Shown piece by piece: positions 23,140 to 36,540 of a stretch of DNA of 64,000 bases (its first letter is position 1; each line of letters begins with the position of its first letter). Position numbers and translations under genes: made by a program. Source of the stretch: Lama guanicoe (lineage: Eukaryota); assembly GCA_013239625.1 (NCBI GenBank), contig MU053934.1:1977031-2041030 (forward strand), read 5' to 3'. The notes beneath the pieces were generated by a model, which saw only the letters and a program-made list of their open reading frames with translations, was not told the origin of the DNA and ran no database searches.

Positions 23140-23605
23140 ATGCTAGTGGTTTCCCAATATCCTTTCTTCTTCCTTAGTATCAAAACTCCAGTTTTCATTC
23201 TAGGACATTAATATACACACCTTCCAAAAAAAAGGACTGTATCTCCCAACCTCTGTTGCACCTAGGTATGGCCACGGGCTAAGTTCTGGCCAATGAAGTA
23301 TTAGTAGAAATGTTATGTGGGACTTCCTAGAAGTCTTCTTAAGTAGGAGAGGGGACCTCTGTTCCTCCTCCGTGGAAATGTGGGAATGATGGCTGGAGCT
23401 TTAGCAACCATCTGGGCCACATCCTACAGAGATGCAAAGAGCAGTAAGCGTCCTGGGTCCTTGAGAACCATGGGCACTGCATCAGCCCTGGACTGCCTAC
23501 TTCCAGCCTTTTTTCATGAAAAATAGTCTTGTTTAAGCCACTTTTGGGCAGGGAGATGGGTGGGGATTCTGTTATACATAGCTGAACTTAATCCTAAGTG
23601 ATATT
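23140..23605 (+). mobile_element. MaLR solo LTR (MLT1-type)
   Basis: AAGTTCTGGCCAATGA..GATGGCTGGAGCT..CCCTGGACTGCCTAC..TTGTTTAAGCCACT..CTGAACTTAATCCTAAGTGATA. Confidence 0.8.
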
Positions 23606-26379
23606 TTCAACAGTAAATTATTTTACTGTAACTTTACAAATCAAAATTCAATGTCACCTGACACCACAGGAAACTCTATACATATTAACAGTATACAGGC
23701 CTGATGACTAAGACAGAGACTGTCAAAGAATCTTGAAGTGTCTGGGCTGGAAGTCTAGGCCAAAGTCAACCATCCCCCTAATCTACTGTCCCTGATCATT
23801 CCACACCAATATAACAGAAATAGAACTTTAATGTAACAATTTTTGAATTTTAGTAATGAAAAAAGTCAAATACATATACTCTCATTTTCATCATCTGTAA
23901 GATGAAAGCAATGACACAGGGATGTTGTCAGGCCCAAATAAAATAAGAGTACGTTAGCTATTCTGTAAACAGGGAAGTATGTACTACATTACCATTACAA
24001 CTACCACCAAAACAGCTGATCGGTAAGTGTTAGGCACAAAACAGAAATTAGGTAAAAGCAATTAAACAGAAAGAAACTTGGGTTTGGGGCTCAAGGAATT
24101 CCATGAACTTCTATAACCTCTTTCACCAACTATCTTAGCCCTTTATCTTCCACAAAAATACATCAGGAACTTCAGTTTCCTTCTTTAAAGCACTGGGGAA
24201 AAGAAAGGAGCTGAGTGGTTATAAGGGGAGAAAAAGAACAACAGCAGCAAGGAGTTTAAAGCAATTAGTGAATACGATGCATCTGAAATATATGACCCCG
24301 TTTCTGGCATTTCACGAATTGTCAGTAGGTGGAGTCCAAGAATTTTCAAATTGATGCTAGCAATATTTTTCTTCCACAATTCATTCATTCAAAAGAAAAA
24401 TATTAAACATATATATGCAGTTTTTACTGAGGATGAAACAACCTATCATTTAAGAGTGAGACGCTATCTTTGAGAAATGAAGATAATATGTGAGGTCCTC
24501 AATGCAGGAAGAAGAACATTGGCAGTTATATTTAAGACAAAATTAGCTTAATCACTGTCATTTTTGCACTTAAAAATGATCTGACTTCTCCAAAACAGGT
24601 TTTGAAGTCTGAGAAAAAGCAAATGAATTCACTTTTTGAAGCCATTAACTCATCTTTGAAATCATTTCTGGTGACTACTTTAATCCACACACACATTGTA
24701 CATGAGTCACACTGCACTGTGCTGTCCAATTCATTAGATTCTGAAAAGCATTCCATGGTCAAATAACTGAGAAGCATGCTTTAGGCAATTTTACTATGTG
24801 TTGAATTTCAGCTTTTCCTAGTCTTCTAACAGGATACTAAAATTAACAGATGCTTTTTACTAATTTCAGATATACTCTAAAGGAAGAAAACAAGCTATCC
24901 AGGGGTGTCAGAGATTAGCTGACAGGCAGACAGATGCCAAGAATTTGCTGCACAATTTAAAGGGCTACAATCAGGATAAAGAGAGTGTGAGAAACAAACT
25001 CAGACAGCTTGAAGGTTTTTGTTCCCAGAAGGGATACCAAAGGTATTGTCAATTTATATACCTTTCTGCTGTGAATGGCCATATCCAAGCAGCTTAAATT
25101 AAGCAGTAAGAGTGCTGAAGAATTGGAACTACTCTATCTTTCCCAGATGATTCACTTATCTATTTATGCCTATTTATGAGTCTAATGTATAACTAGAGGT
25201 TGAGGGTCTTCTGAACCAGCAGAAAAAAACTGAAGTAACACTATCTTCTGAGAAGGCAATCTACCTAAATTACACTAGACTGGACCAGACCATTCTATTC
25301 TAGATCTAACTGATGGTTTCAATATTAAAGTTCCCCCCAAAGTTAGTAAGTACCAAACTTGATAAACTTTTGTCAGGCCATGACTATACTTTTAATAACA
25401 TAAATGAGTTCAGTGGGACTTACTTGAATCGTTTCTGAAACACAGTTTATTTTTAGTAAATATAATAGTCCCCCACATGGGAAGCTACAACCATGCCAAA
25501 AATGTTCTATGAGGAGATAAAATCCTATTTATAGACCTGTCAGTTGCTCCTTGCTTAGGTTGTAACATAGTTTCCACTTTAAGCCTGATATGACCTCCCC
25601 TGACTTCTCTGGTCTCTAATGTTCTTTTCATCCTTAAGTTTCTCACATTTATCTTTATCTTCACAGAGCACTTAAATTAAGCTACCGTGGAGTAGGGGAA
25701 AGGAGAAGGAAAGAATCTTCTTTCCCTGAACCTTCTCCCACTTGAGAGTTTTAGGTAAGTTTTAGGAACCCAAAAAAGAGGAAAAAAGGAGCTCTTCACT
25801 GGGTGGGCTTTTGGGAAGGGAACTGCAAAAATACTCAGCTATCAGCAATGATACTGCCACAAGTGAGCCACGTCTTTATCTGTGTGTGACTTAGCTTAAA
25901 AGCTTCCATCTTTTAAAAACCCAACAAGGATAAATGTCAAAGGATTTCTAATATAGAGGGCACTACTCAAAAGCTAACAGGCGAGGGGAGGGAATGCTAA
26001 TCAGGGAACCAAAGAATAAATATAAGAGATTTTACATTTTTTTTTCCCCTGGACTGTGATTTCCTCAGGGATTAAACTGTTGCTATTGTTTTATATTAGC
26101 TGCTGGCAACTTTACACTCCTCACTTAAACTGCTAACTGTAGAATCTTCCTCCCGCAGTCTCTGGCTACAACTCCATCAACAATTCTACAAGACTACTTA
26201 CCTTACCCTAATTCAGTGAAACATTTTCATCATTTCCTGTCACTAGCAGTGGCAGACCCATACTTCATCTCACTCAGCCCTGCCCCACCATGTCCCCTGG
26301 ATGAAACTGTAAATGAAAACTGTCTTTACTGCTCTGGCAAATCTTAACCCCTTTCATCTCACTCAGAAACCTAGTAGAA

Positions 26380-26600
26380 TTTACTGTCCCTACTTCACTT
26401 TTTTTTTAAGTGTTCTTCAGTATATGCTGCTTTTTGTTATTAATTCTGTGTTTGTAAGTCTTGTATGCTAAATGAGATTGCAAATTCCATTCAATTCTGA
26501 GCGCCTAAAGGGCAATGGCCATGCCTTATTCATCTCGGAATCAGCAGTTTCATGCCAAGTGACTGGCATCTAACAGGCACACAAGTAAACACTGTTGAAG
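26380..26600 (+). mobile_element. LINE2 3' end
   Basis: AAGGGCAATGGCCATGCCTTATTCATCTC..GTGACTGGCATCTAACAGGCAC. Confidence 0.55.
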
Positions 26601-27254
26601 TATTTGTAAGGCTGATCTGGATGGTGGTGATCTTGGAATGAGTGCACTTCTCTTCTATGAATCTCTCATTGCACACAACCAGGAAAGCCCAATATCACTG
26701 CAGTGGAACTGAATCACAAGCAATTCTTGAATAGAGGAAGGGAGAAGCATACAGCCATGAAGTAATACCAACCCACCTTCCACTGGATTCTCAGGTGCTT
26801 AAAGAGATGGTAGACACAGGATGTACCAAATGATGGAGCAAATGATAACAGTTCTTTATCCCAAGAAAATTCGACCTGCTTCCCTAAATCTACTTATATG
26901 TAACTCATCCTCTAAAGCATACCTCTTCCTGCTCACCCCAATTCACAGTGAAATCCCTAACTCTCCAGAATCTGATGATAAATAGCACTTTTTTTTTTTT
27001 AGCATTTTCACTTATAACAAGAAGGGATGGACTTAAATATAAAAATAATTCAAACTAAACATCAGTAAAATTACCTGGTTACAAAAGATGGCAAAGACCA
27101 GAAAATACCTCCCTTAATTTTTTTTTTCATCTGTGAGGTTTATCATATAAAATGGTACTTTCCTTTCTAAAAGAAGGTATATGGATTTTCTGGGGTGATC
27201 AGAGCTGAGGCATGGGCATACATGATTAAATGAACCATCAAGATCATCTTCCAG

Positions 27255-27460
27255 AGGCACATGGTACTGAAGAAAGAACTTAGGTTTGGAAGTAAAACAG
27301 ACATGGAATCAAAGTGCCAAATCACCACTTACTAGCTGTGACCTTGAATAAGCACTTTAACCTCTCTTAACCCTGTTTCTTCATCTATAAATGCAAGGTT
27401 ATTATGAAAATTAGAAATAATGTACATAAAACACCTAGGTCAGTGCCTGGCTTAATAATT
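27255..27460 (+). mobile_element. MIR SINE
   Basis: CACCACTTACTAGCTGTGACCTTG..TTTCTTCATCTATAAA..CAGTGCCTGGC. Confidence 0.8.
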
Positions 27461-28219
27461 TACAATTGTTAAGAGATTTGCTATTGTAATTTTACTTAGC
27501 CCACAACAAAAAGACAGAAAATGACTTCTTAACAAATCTGACATTTTAGGGCTACTTCTATAATTTATTTTAAATTGGTAGCAATAAAGTATCAATAGAA
27601 ATGCACCTAAAGAAAGCTATTTGCTCTGTGAATTTAAAAGGAAAATCTGCAGCAAGAGAAACAAAGTGCTCCACGGGGCAAGATGTCACTAAACCAGACA
27701 GCTAGGATAATTTACGAAGGATGGCAATGAAAAACCAAGTTCTCAGAAAAGGGGAGCTCTGACAGCGGGTACAGATATCACAGCAATTCGGACAGGGTTA
27801 AACCCCATATTGTGGTCTCTCTCTCATAGAAAAGCTTTGGGGAAAGGAGATTTTTTTTCTAATATCCTCAAAATTCTACCCTTCCCTTAAACTGGAAATA
27901 CTTACCTGACAATCAGAAACACAAGACAAAGAGAAAAGGAAATACCTGCAAGAGGAAGGGAGCTGCTGAGGGAGATGCTGGCTATAAAGGATGAGAACTT
28001 TCCTACAATGCAAAAAGAAGACTGACGGCTGCATCATCTTGTTTTGCTGCTTTCAGGAGATGGCACCAATGTCTAAGTCATTCACCTGCTCTACAGGCAG
28101 AAGGGGTGACAGTGGTGTTTTGTCCCTCTACAGGGCGGAACAAAAGCTATTAAGGAGTTAAAGCCTTCAGAGTACGAGAATGAAAATGTCAGAATGACTT
28201 TAAGGGCCTTTTAAGCCAG

Positions 28220-28420
28220 CCCAGTGGAATGGAAGAAAAGTCTGGGCATTAGAGCCAGATGGGTCTTCCTAGCTGTTTGACCTCAGGCAAGTTGGACAGT
28301 CTCTTCAGCCTTCACTCTTCTCATCTATAAAACTGGGTGAACAGCATTTGCCCTGCAGAGGGCAAACTGTAAAAAGCAAACTGTCTCAGAATAGGCACTC
28401 CATACAGGTTAAATGCTTTT
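28220..28420 (+). mobile_element. MIR SINE
   Basis: AGAGCCAGA..CTAGCTGTTTGACCTCAGGCAAGT..CTCATCTATAAAA. Confidence 0.7.
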
Positions 28421-28524
28421 CCTCAAACTTCAGGCCAACCATACATAGAACTAAGAATCTGGCTGGTGGCTGGTACATATAGCTGTATCATAATGCTCCT
28501 TCTCTCCTTTCCCTTTCCCTCTAA

Positions 28525-28650
28525 CTTAGCAGAAAGGGCACCAAGTCCAAGTAGGGAAAGTAACTTTCCCAAGGTCATGCTGCTGGATACTGGCAGAATT
28601 AGAGCTTAAAAATTCAGCCTCTTCAAGCTCAGTGCATTGCACCCTGCCTC
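28525..28650 (-). mobile_element. MIR SINE fragment
   Basis: AAGTAACTTTCCCAAGGTCATGC..TGGCAGAATTAGAGC. Confidence 0.6.
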
Positions 28651-30249
28651 ATTAGGAAACTTTCCTTGGGGACAGGGCAAGCTGACTTAACATTACATGG
28701 GCTCAGAGAGTCAGCACGAACAACACAAGCTAACAGCAAGGTCAGCGGCTCTCAGTGATTCAGACACCCAGGAGTTAAACACTCTGCCTCGGCGAAGGCT
28801 CCGGAGCTGGAGCTGCGGTTGGGCAGACTCCTTCTGGGAGGAGGCCAGAGAGGCACTGAAATCCATTCCTGGGTGTGATTGGTTGGTGCCCGAGGGGGTG
28901 GGGAAGAGGGAAAGGGAGAAGAATGTCACCCGATCCCCATGGGTAAACAACAGCAGGAGCATCTGCTCAGGTTTTCAACTAAATCTGTAAAATATTTCTG
29001 AACCACCAAACTCAGAAGACTGTAACCTCTGACCTTGATGAACAAGAGAGTTCTTGTTCTTTAGTGACAAGATTCTTAGTGATACAATCTGGACAAATGA
29101 ATGCGAAACGACAGTTGACTATTTCTCTAGCACATAACTCCTGCTCTCTCAACCCCACCACCATCCCTCCTGCCGGCTTGGGCTTGCCGTTACAGAGAGG
29201 AACCCAGCCTGTTCGTTGCTACTCTACCATTTTTCTCAGTCTCCGACAATCACATTCCCTTCTCTGAATTTCTCTCCTTCCTCTTTAAGAGGAGCCTCCT
29301 CCTTTGTAGAAGGGATATCTTATTGCAAAGATGCAACCTCTCTGTAATTGTGTTAGCACACATGTGCAGAGCAGAGAGAAGGGAGGGTCTGGGGAGAAAG
29401 AAACCCAATACCTTGCCAAATCCATTGGGAAGTCTGCCCAAGTTATTAAGCCAGGCCGGGGCCACTTAACTGAATTGGTCGAGGCAATGCCCTTCAATTC
29501 TGGCTGCATTCTTTCTCCCAAGGGAGAATGCAGGAAGGGCTGGCTCCTCAAAATCTTATTATCCCCGACAACTCTTTATTCCTCAGAAGTTTCTCTCTCC
29601 CATTTCAAAGACAGACACAATATATTTAAGTTCTGAGCAGAGAGTAAGAGAGGCAGCTCCTCATCCCCAGGACACCACAGGGACTTCACAGGACTGATCC
29701 CTGGAGACCGAAAACTGCATTCCCTTTGTTCTTAGGTACGACCACAGCTAAATCCTGAAGTCCCAGTAACTGAAGTGGGGGGTGGGGGTGGGTCACAGAA
29801 CTAAAGTAAAACTGAAGAGAAGGCCTCCTACTCTGAAGGGCTAAAACAAGAGGACCTTTAAGAAACCAAGTAAGTCCAGGGACCAAGTTAAGCCCACTTC
29901 AGTGTGGCCCCGGGAAGCAGGACTAGGCCCACCTGAAACAACCTGGAACTGCCAGGCAGACCCATCTCTCAGGAACCGTGCAGGCCAGGAATGACCTGAA
30001 ACCACTGTGGATTCAAAGAGCGAAGAGTCCTCAACACCAGGCCAAAGCAAACCAGCTTCAGGAAGTGGCAGAGGCTCCTGAAGTCTCCCCTTTGTTCCTC
30101 CTCTATAATCCCAGGGCCAAATCTAATCTAAACTGTGCTACGAATGCCCTTTGCTAACACAGATGTCTCATTTATAAATCCCAGGGAGCCTAAGTGACTC
30201 AGCTCTCTTTCACAGGAATGTTCAGTAAACTAACTACTCAAGGAGGTTC

Positions 30250-30510
30250 TGCATGGTTATTAAAAACACAGGCTTCGGTGTTAAGACAGGCCTCCGCTTA
30301 AATACCTGTTCCACCACTTTCTAGCCAGCTCTGTGACCTAGACCTCCCCAAAGCTCAGTTTCTTCATCTGTCTAATATGGCTTCTACCATCTACCTTATG
30401 GGGAGAGTTGTTAATAGTAACAAGGAATTGAGGGTGTGTGTACATGGATACACAGCACAGTACTCGATGCACAGCAGCATTCAATAAACAGTAGCTGCCA
30501 CTATAAATTA
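30250..30510 (+). mobile_element. MIR SINE
   Basis: CATGGTTATTAAAAACACAGGCTT..CTCAGTTTCTTCATCTGT..CATTCAATAAACAGTAGCT. Confidence 0.8.
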
Positions 30511-30592
30511 TTACTGAGGACCACAGAACAACTTCTACAGAGAAATAATGCTGCCACCTGTCAACTGTATTAGCCTTCCCGCACCCTGCCCA

Positions 30593-30610
30593 TCCCATCA
30601 GAGGGCGGCG
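30593..30610 (+). promoter_or_regulatory. Candidate CTCF motif
   Basis: CCATCAGAGGGCGGC matches the core CCASYAGRKGGCRS with one mismatch. Confidence 0.45.
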
Positions 30611-32439
30611 AACAGCATGACAATGCCAAAGACTATTTTCTGACTATCTGCTGAGCACTGTGCCAGGTGACGGTGAAGAGAGTGAAGGACACAAGCTCTC
30701 CCTGTAAAGCAGCCGATGTGCTGAGGGAGGACACTACGAAGAGGAAGTGTGAGGAGGAAGGGGAAGCTCTGAGGGGTCTCCGTGGGGAACTTCTGCTCAG
30801 CTCTGTGATCCACCCTGAAAGGGCTGCTCCTTAGTCCCAGCAGTGAGGGTTATGCTGAATGGCTCTATTAGGGTCCCAGGGCAGGGGTGCTGGGAAGTGA
30901 GGTCCATTCTGAAGCTCCACACCCAGACGGAGATGAGGGGAGAGCAGGGCTATGGACGCAGAAGAGGGGTTTTGGTCTTTTCACGTAATACCAGGCAAAA
31001 TATGTCCCAAGCATGGAGTTGGCAACCATCAGCAAACATTTTCAGGCAGGTATTCAAGATGACTGCTTCCCAGGTTAGTGCAGCAGGATGTATATTTTTT
31101 GGCAAATAGACACAGGGCTTTCAGGAATTACAACCGTGTAATCAAAAAAACACGGACACTCGCTGGAAACCGTGCACTGGGGAAGGCCAGGAGGGCCCAG
31201 GTTCCTTCAGTCGGTGGAGCCTGAACTTATAAACCAGGGCTCTTGCTCTCTTTCTCTCTTACAAATGTTCACAATCACAATCCCCGTCCATCAAACTCTC
31301 ACACACACCTTCAAGCCTGCACTGTTGATGGAATGGAGCAGGGCTGGGTCACTCCCTGATCATGTGAGCATCGTCTGTCAGGGACCAGCATTACACGGCG
31401 GAAAAGCACTGAATTGAGGGTGAAGGCTCAGGATCACAGACGCAGCTCTGCTTCTAGCAAGAGCTCTAAGAATGTAAGCCTTGGGTAAGTCATCTAACCT
31501 CTCTGACACTGACTCAGTTTCCCTTTCTGCAGAACAAGGGCAACGTGATGAAATCCAGCTCTGACATTCAATGATTTGGGACCTGAGGGCCAAGTGGATG
31601 GTCCCTACGGTGGGTTCTTGTTTCCATGTTAGGGTAGATGTGCCAGAGAAGAGCCAGAGAATTAAGACAAGTGATTACAATTCATTCTCTAAAGTATCCT
31701 GAAAGTTGAGACACAGTGGAAAGCCAGCTACAACTTTTCTGGAATACAAACTGAAAAGTTTTAGAACTTACAGTCCTGGCCCAGACCATTCATTTCATGA
31801 AGGTCAGGACTCTCTGTTCCTTGGATAGTAAATCAGGAAAGAAAGCAATGGGCCAACAGTAATATTACCTGGCACCTAGCAGGCTCATCATTTGCTGGCT
31901 AAAAGAGCCCTCCAGACACTATGCTGAGAAGCATACAGGGAGCCTCAGGTTAAGCATTCATTCCAAATATATGGGAATGACAGTTGCTATTTCTGGCCAA
32001 TGGACTGGGACCTGAAAGATGGGTGTAATCTCCACCGAACAAATCATATGGTCAGAAATAATCTTGCAACTGCCAGCACTCAACAAACTGGCAGCTCTTT
32101 AGAGACGAGTCTCTGGGGACCCAGAGCTGCAGTAACCAAGGGAAATGTATCCAGATTAGATCAGCAAAGGCCTCTCTGCTTCCACAAGAGGTATTGTAGG
32201 GGCAATGACACCGGCCAACACACCAGATTTACACAATGAGCTCCCTGAATGCTGCACGTGCTCAGGTCAGAAGAGCTGCTGCTGTGCTACGAACAGCACA
32301 TGAAGCAGCAGGTGCCAAGTGTCCTATTTACCAATTCACAGTATTGTATGGTTCCAACCATTTTAAATTAGAAAGAAGAATTCTTAGTTGCCCCATTTCC
32401 TTTACCTTTCTCTTTCTAACATAAAAACATAAATGAGAT

Positions 32440-32830
32440 GAGGTGTGTCCATACAATGGAATATTACTTAGCAACAAAAAAGAATGAAGTACTGATGCAT
32501 GCTGGACATGCAAGACATGGAGGAACCTAGAAAACATTATGCTAAGTAGCTGGAAACAAAGGACCACATATTATATTGAGCCTATTTACATAAAATATCT
32601 AGAACAAGAAAATATGTAGAGACAGGAAGGAAACTAGTGGTTGCCTAAAGTTTTGGGGGCATAGGAGACAGAGGAACCAGGAAATGACAACTAAGAGGTA
32701 CACGGTTTCCTTTTGGAGTGATGATGACTCTGTGAACGTACTAAAAAAATTTAAAAAGCACTTAATTGTATACTTTAAATGAGTGAACTGCAGAGTTTCA
32801 AATTATGTCTTAATAAAGCTGTTAAAAAAT
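32440..32830 (+). mobile_element. L1M (MB/MC-like) 3'UTR
   Basis: CCATACAATGGAATATTACTTAGCAA..GAAAACATTATGCTAAGT..TATGTCTTAATAAAGCTGTT. Confidence 0.85.
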
Positions 32831-33194
32831 GCCCAAAGGAATTACAACCACCTTGAGGAAGGGAAATTTAATGAGGGAGACCTGACTCTCCTGATCATCC
32901 CTTGTCTCCAAACGCCTGCCCTCGCTCCTTCCTATCCACAACTCATCTTGCTAGTACCCCCTCTCCCCGCAGGATCTAGAGCAGGCTTACACCCTTCCCA
33001 AGATAAGTGGGCTGGATGCAAGCTTTGTTGGATCGGTAAGTCTACTCCTGCTATACTATGACTTTAATGTCCTCCCTTCCAAATTTAGTTTCCCTCTGTC
33101 CCCAGAAAGACAGTAAAACCACCCCTAACTCTTAGCGGTAGCTAATGACTTGCCACAGCATGTAAAAGGAATGAAGATAAATGATGCTATACAA

Positions 33195-33420
33195 GCATAG
33201 GTCTGGGAGTTTGAACAGATCTGGGTTCCAATCGAAGCACTTGAACAAGTTACTTGAGGTCTCACTCTCAAGTTTCCACTTCTGTAAAATGGAGAAAACA
33301 CTACCTAATGCGTCCAATGCATGTAGTTTGTTAAAGAAATTAAATGGGAAAGCCTATGTAAATGATTAATACGATGCCTGGTACACAGCAAGTACTCAAT
33401 AAATAATAAGCATTATTATA
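33195..33420 (+). mobile_element. MIR SINE
   Basis: CAGATCTGGGTTCCAATC..TGTAAAATGG..TGCCTGGTACACAGCAAGTACTCAATAAAT. Confidence 0.8.
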
Positions 33421-33844
33421 AAAGCATATGCCCATTTTTTCATGCTATCATCCAGCAGATCAGCATCTATGTCAGAGGCAGTAATAAAAGCAGGCCATTG
33501 GTACCATCAAATTGTTTATCATTTTTCTGACTATTTGTTCTAAACCTTCTCACTCACAGATCCCTAGTCCATTCCTAATACTTGTGTATTTTTACTTCAT
33601 TTTTTGTTTTCCTGTTTCTGAGCTCAATTTAACCTCAGGCATTTCAGGCATACTATTGCCTCACCAGTTCCATTTTCCCTCCTCAATCTTAATATGTATT
33701 TTTCACCTTAATTACAGTATTTTAAGCCGCTCAGGGTAAATTGTTTACCCAGAGCAGCACAGCAGCTCAGTACCCTACTCCTTCTAAAAGCCTACAACAG
33801 AATCAAAACTACATAAGACAGACTTTAGAAAGAATTTTGATGGA

Positions 33845-34150
33845 ATCTTAAAATGGAATACTAGGCAGCCATGAAAATGATACTACAATAATTCTTAATG
33901 ACATGAAAAAATGTTTACAATAGAGTAGGAAGGAGCTAGAAGCATATTACAAGTCTGTACAATATCAGATTCTCTAAGGAATTTCATAATGTGTATATAT
34001 GTAAAAACAGCTGCATAGAAACAAGTTTAGAGCAATGAATGATAAAAAGTTAAGATAAATATATTAAGGCAATTTTTATTTTATTCTATTGGCCTGCTAT
34101 ATTTTCTAACTTTTCATTGATAAACGTACAGTACTTTAAGAAAAATACAG
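33845..34150 (+). mobile_element. L1ME-like 3'UTR fragment
   Basis: AATGGAATACTAGGCAGCCATGAAAA..ATATTTTCTAACTTTTC. Confidence 0.6.
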
Positions 34151-34204
34151 ACTTAAAAATATGAATTTAAATAATACAGAGCCTCTAAAACATTTCCTTA
34201 GCAG

Positions 34205-34365
34205 ACATTATAGCATGGCTCTGGAGTCAGAAAGACCAGGACTCAAATCCCTTCTCTACCACTATTATATAATTCTGACTAGCAGTCACTGAAACCTTAT
34301 AGGCTTGCAGTTCTCATCTGGAAAATGAAGATGAAGATCCTAGCAAAGTGCTTGGTGCCTGGTCT
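34205..34365 (+). mobile_element. MIR SINE
   Basis: GGCTCTGGAGTCAGA..CAAATCCCTTCTCTACCACT..TTCTCATCTGGAAAATG. Confidence 0.75.
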
Positions 34366-34391
34366 TCAGTACGTCTCAGTGTCCTTACTCT

Positions 34392-34580
34392 TTGGTGTTG
34401 GTCCTTAGCTTGAATGTGCATCAGAATCACCTGGAGAGCATGCTGAGCCACATGGCTGGGCCCCAGCCCCAGAGTTTCTGATTTAGGAGGTCTGGAGGGA
34501 GAGGGAGAACATGAATTTGTACAAATTCCCAAGTGATGCTGATACTGATGGTCCAGGAACCACACTTTGAGGACCACCGC
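34392..34580. mobile_element. MER5A hAT MITE
   Basis: TGCATCAGAATCACCTGGAG..CCCAGAGTTTCTGATT..GGAACCACACTTTGAGGACCAC. Confidence 0.85.
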
Positions 34581-35429
34581 TATAGGTAATAAGAGCAGTC
34601 TTCTTACAATATGCTACACAGATATTAAGTGCTCCAGAACATCTGCTTACTGGATACTGAATCATATAGAAGCCTAATGCTGCACATTCATCCAAAAGCC
34701 CAGACTATAACATGGGATCATTCACTCCAAGACAGTGAGGGAACTGAGTTTCTACTAAAGCTGGAAGCAAATAACAATTATTATGACTGCATTTAGAATA
34801 CCTGACTTCAGCATAGGAGAAAACATTTGAGAATGCAGACACGGATCAACAAAATGCAAGAGGCAGACACGCCATGAATCCACTGCATGCTGCCCTGTGC
34901 CTTTCTAGGGAGAAGAGCCATCTACAGTGTGACACAGAGCACTTGCTTTGCTCTGGGTGCCCTCTGTTGACAAAAACTGACATAGCCACTTGCTCCGTTG
35001 CTCCCTCCCTTTTCTCCTCCCACCCCAAGCGAGCCAAGAAAAGAGTCCTAGTGTGACTCAGACTTGAGGAACCGTTTCCACTTACGAAATTTTCCTAAGC
35101 CCATACATAGTCAGGATAGGCCTTTTCTTTTTCCAGTGTTCGTAGTCCCCTTCTCATTGTATCTGCAGCTTGCCTTCAAACAGGTTAGTGGTTGCAGCAT
35201 GGCAGAACAAGAGGGAACAGCATTTATCCTAACAGTATGTGCAATTTAAATCACGTTGCTAGAAATGGCTAGCATTAGCAGTGGGAGTAAACTGCTCTTG
35301 TAAATAGTTTCCAATACGCTGTGAAACCCTGCTGGTATTTTTGAAAATATACTAGCTGGTGATGTACTTAAGAGTTTCTTTAGGTGAAAATTGTTGAAGA
35401 GCACCATTCAGACAACTGAAAATAGAATG

Positions 35430-35600
35430 AGAGAATTTTAGAGCTGGCAAAGATCTCTAATATTATCATCTCCAACTTCCTCACTTACATGAAACTGAAG
35501 GGCCCAAGAAAGTAAATTGACATATATCAAGTCACAAAATAAATGACAAAGCCAAGCTTCCTGACTCCCTGATGACTCATGATCTTTTCACTGTATTAGA
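35430..35600 (-). mobile_element. MIR-family SINE
   Basis: TTTTAGAGCTGG..CATCTCCAAC..GAAACTGAAGGGCCCAAG. Confidence 0.6.
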
Positions 35601-35854
35601 CAGCCTTTATTTAGAAATCTTATTCATTTAGTCATTACCAAGGCAAGTATAACTATCTCAACCACTTCACAGAGGGTAAAGAAACTAATGAGCACGTAAC
35701 AATTCCTGAGAGATACGGGAGGAAAACAATCCTGCCTTTTCGTATTGTGAAAAGTAAGCCTTTCCTAATATCAATACTTCTTTAATGGCCATCACTTTAA
35801 ATTATTCTTCACAGGATCAGAAACTGCACTGATTATCAACAAGCAATGTCTAAA

Positions 35855-36200
35855 ACGGGAGTTGGCAAATCATGGTCCACAGGCCAGATCCAGCCTGTTG
35901 TTTATGTACAACCTCTGTATAGTCTACCGTCCATGAGCTAAGATGGCTTCTACACTTTAATGGTTGACAAAAATCAAGAGCATAACATTTCGTGATACAT
36001 GAAAATTATACAAATTCAAACTTCAGTGCCCACGATCAAGTTTTACTAGAACACAGCCATGCTCAGTCGTGTCCGCGCTGCTTGCGGCTGCTTAGTGCTG
36101 CAGCGGAAGAGCTGAATAGCTGGAATAGAGGCCGTGCGGCCCCAAAAGCCTAGAATACTCACTCTATAATCCTTTACAGAAAATGTTTGCCTGTCTCTGT
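35855..36200. mobile_element. MER58B-like hAT-Charlie element
   Basis: GGAGTTGGCAAA..GGCCAGATCCAGCC..GAGCTAAGA..GAACACAGCCATGCTC..TTTACAGAAAATGTTTGCC. Confidence 0.8.
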
Positions 36201-36384
36201 TCTAAACTATTGATAAAGGTGACATGTGAATCTTCGGTCAAGTACAAAGTACTGGGTTCTAAGTCCCACGGAGGCCCAGCCCCGGCAGTGAGCTCCCCAC
36301 AGTTCGGCAGCGGTCTCACACAGGGTGAGCGGCCGACCTGCACAGTCTGTCAAGCTGACCTCTCCTCCCGAGAAGCCAACGGCA

Positions 36385-36540
36385 CTGTCTAGGCTCTGGC
36401 ATGTTTTTTAGTTTATATTTATTGGCAATCCTATAAAAAGCACCCTAGTTTACAAATGAGGAACCCAAACCTAAGAGAGGTTAAATTTCTGACCCAAACT
36501 ACAATTTGAATCCAGATCTGTCTAGCACCAAAGTTTTCTG
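36385..36540 (-). mobile_element. MIR SINE
   Basis: TTTACAAATGAGGAACC..GAGAGGTTAAA..TTTGAATCCAGATCTGTCT. Confidence 0.65.

Noticed and set aside
28347..28366. Inverted repeat TTTGCCCT-GCAG-AGGGCAAA
   Set aside because: Short, inside a MIR and plausible by chance.
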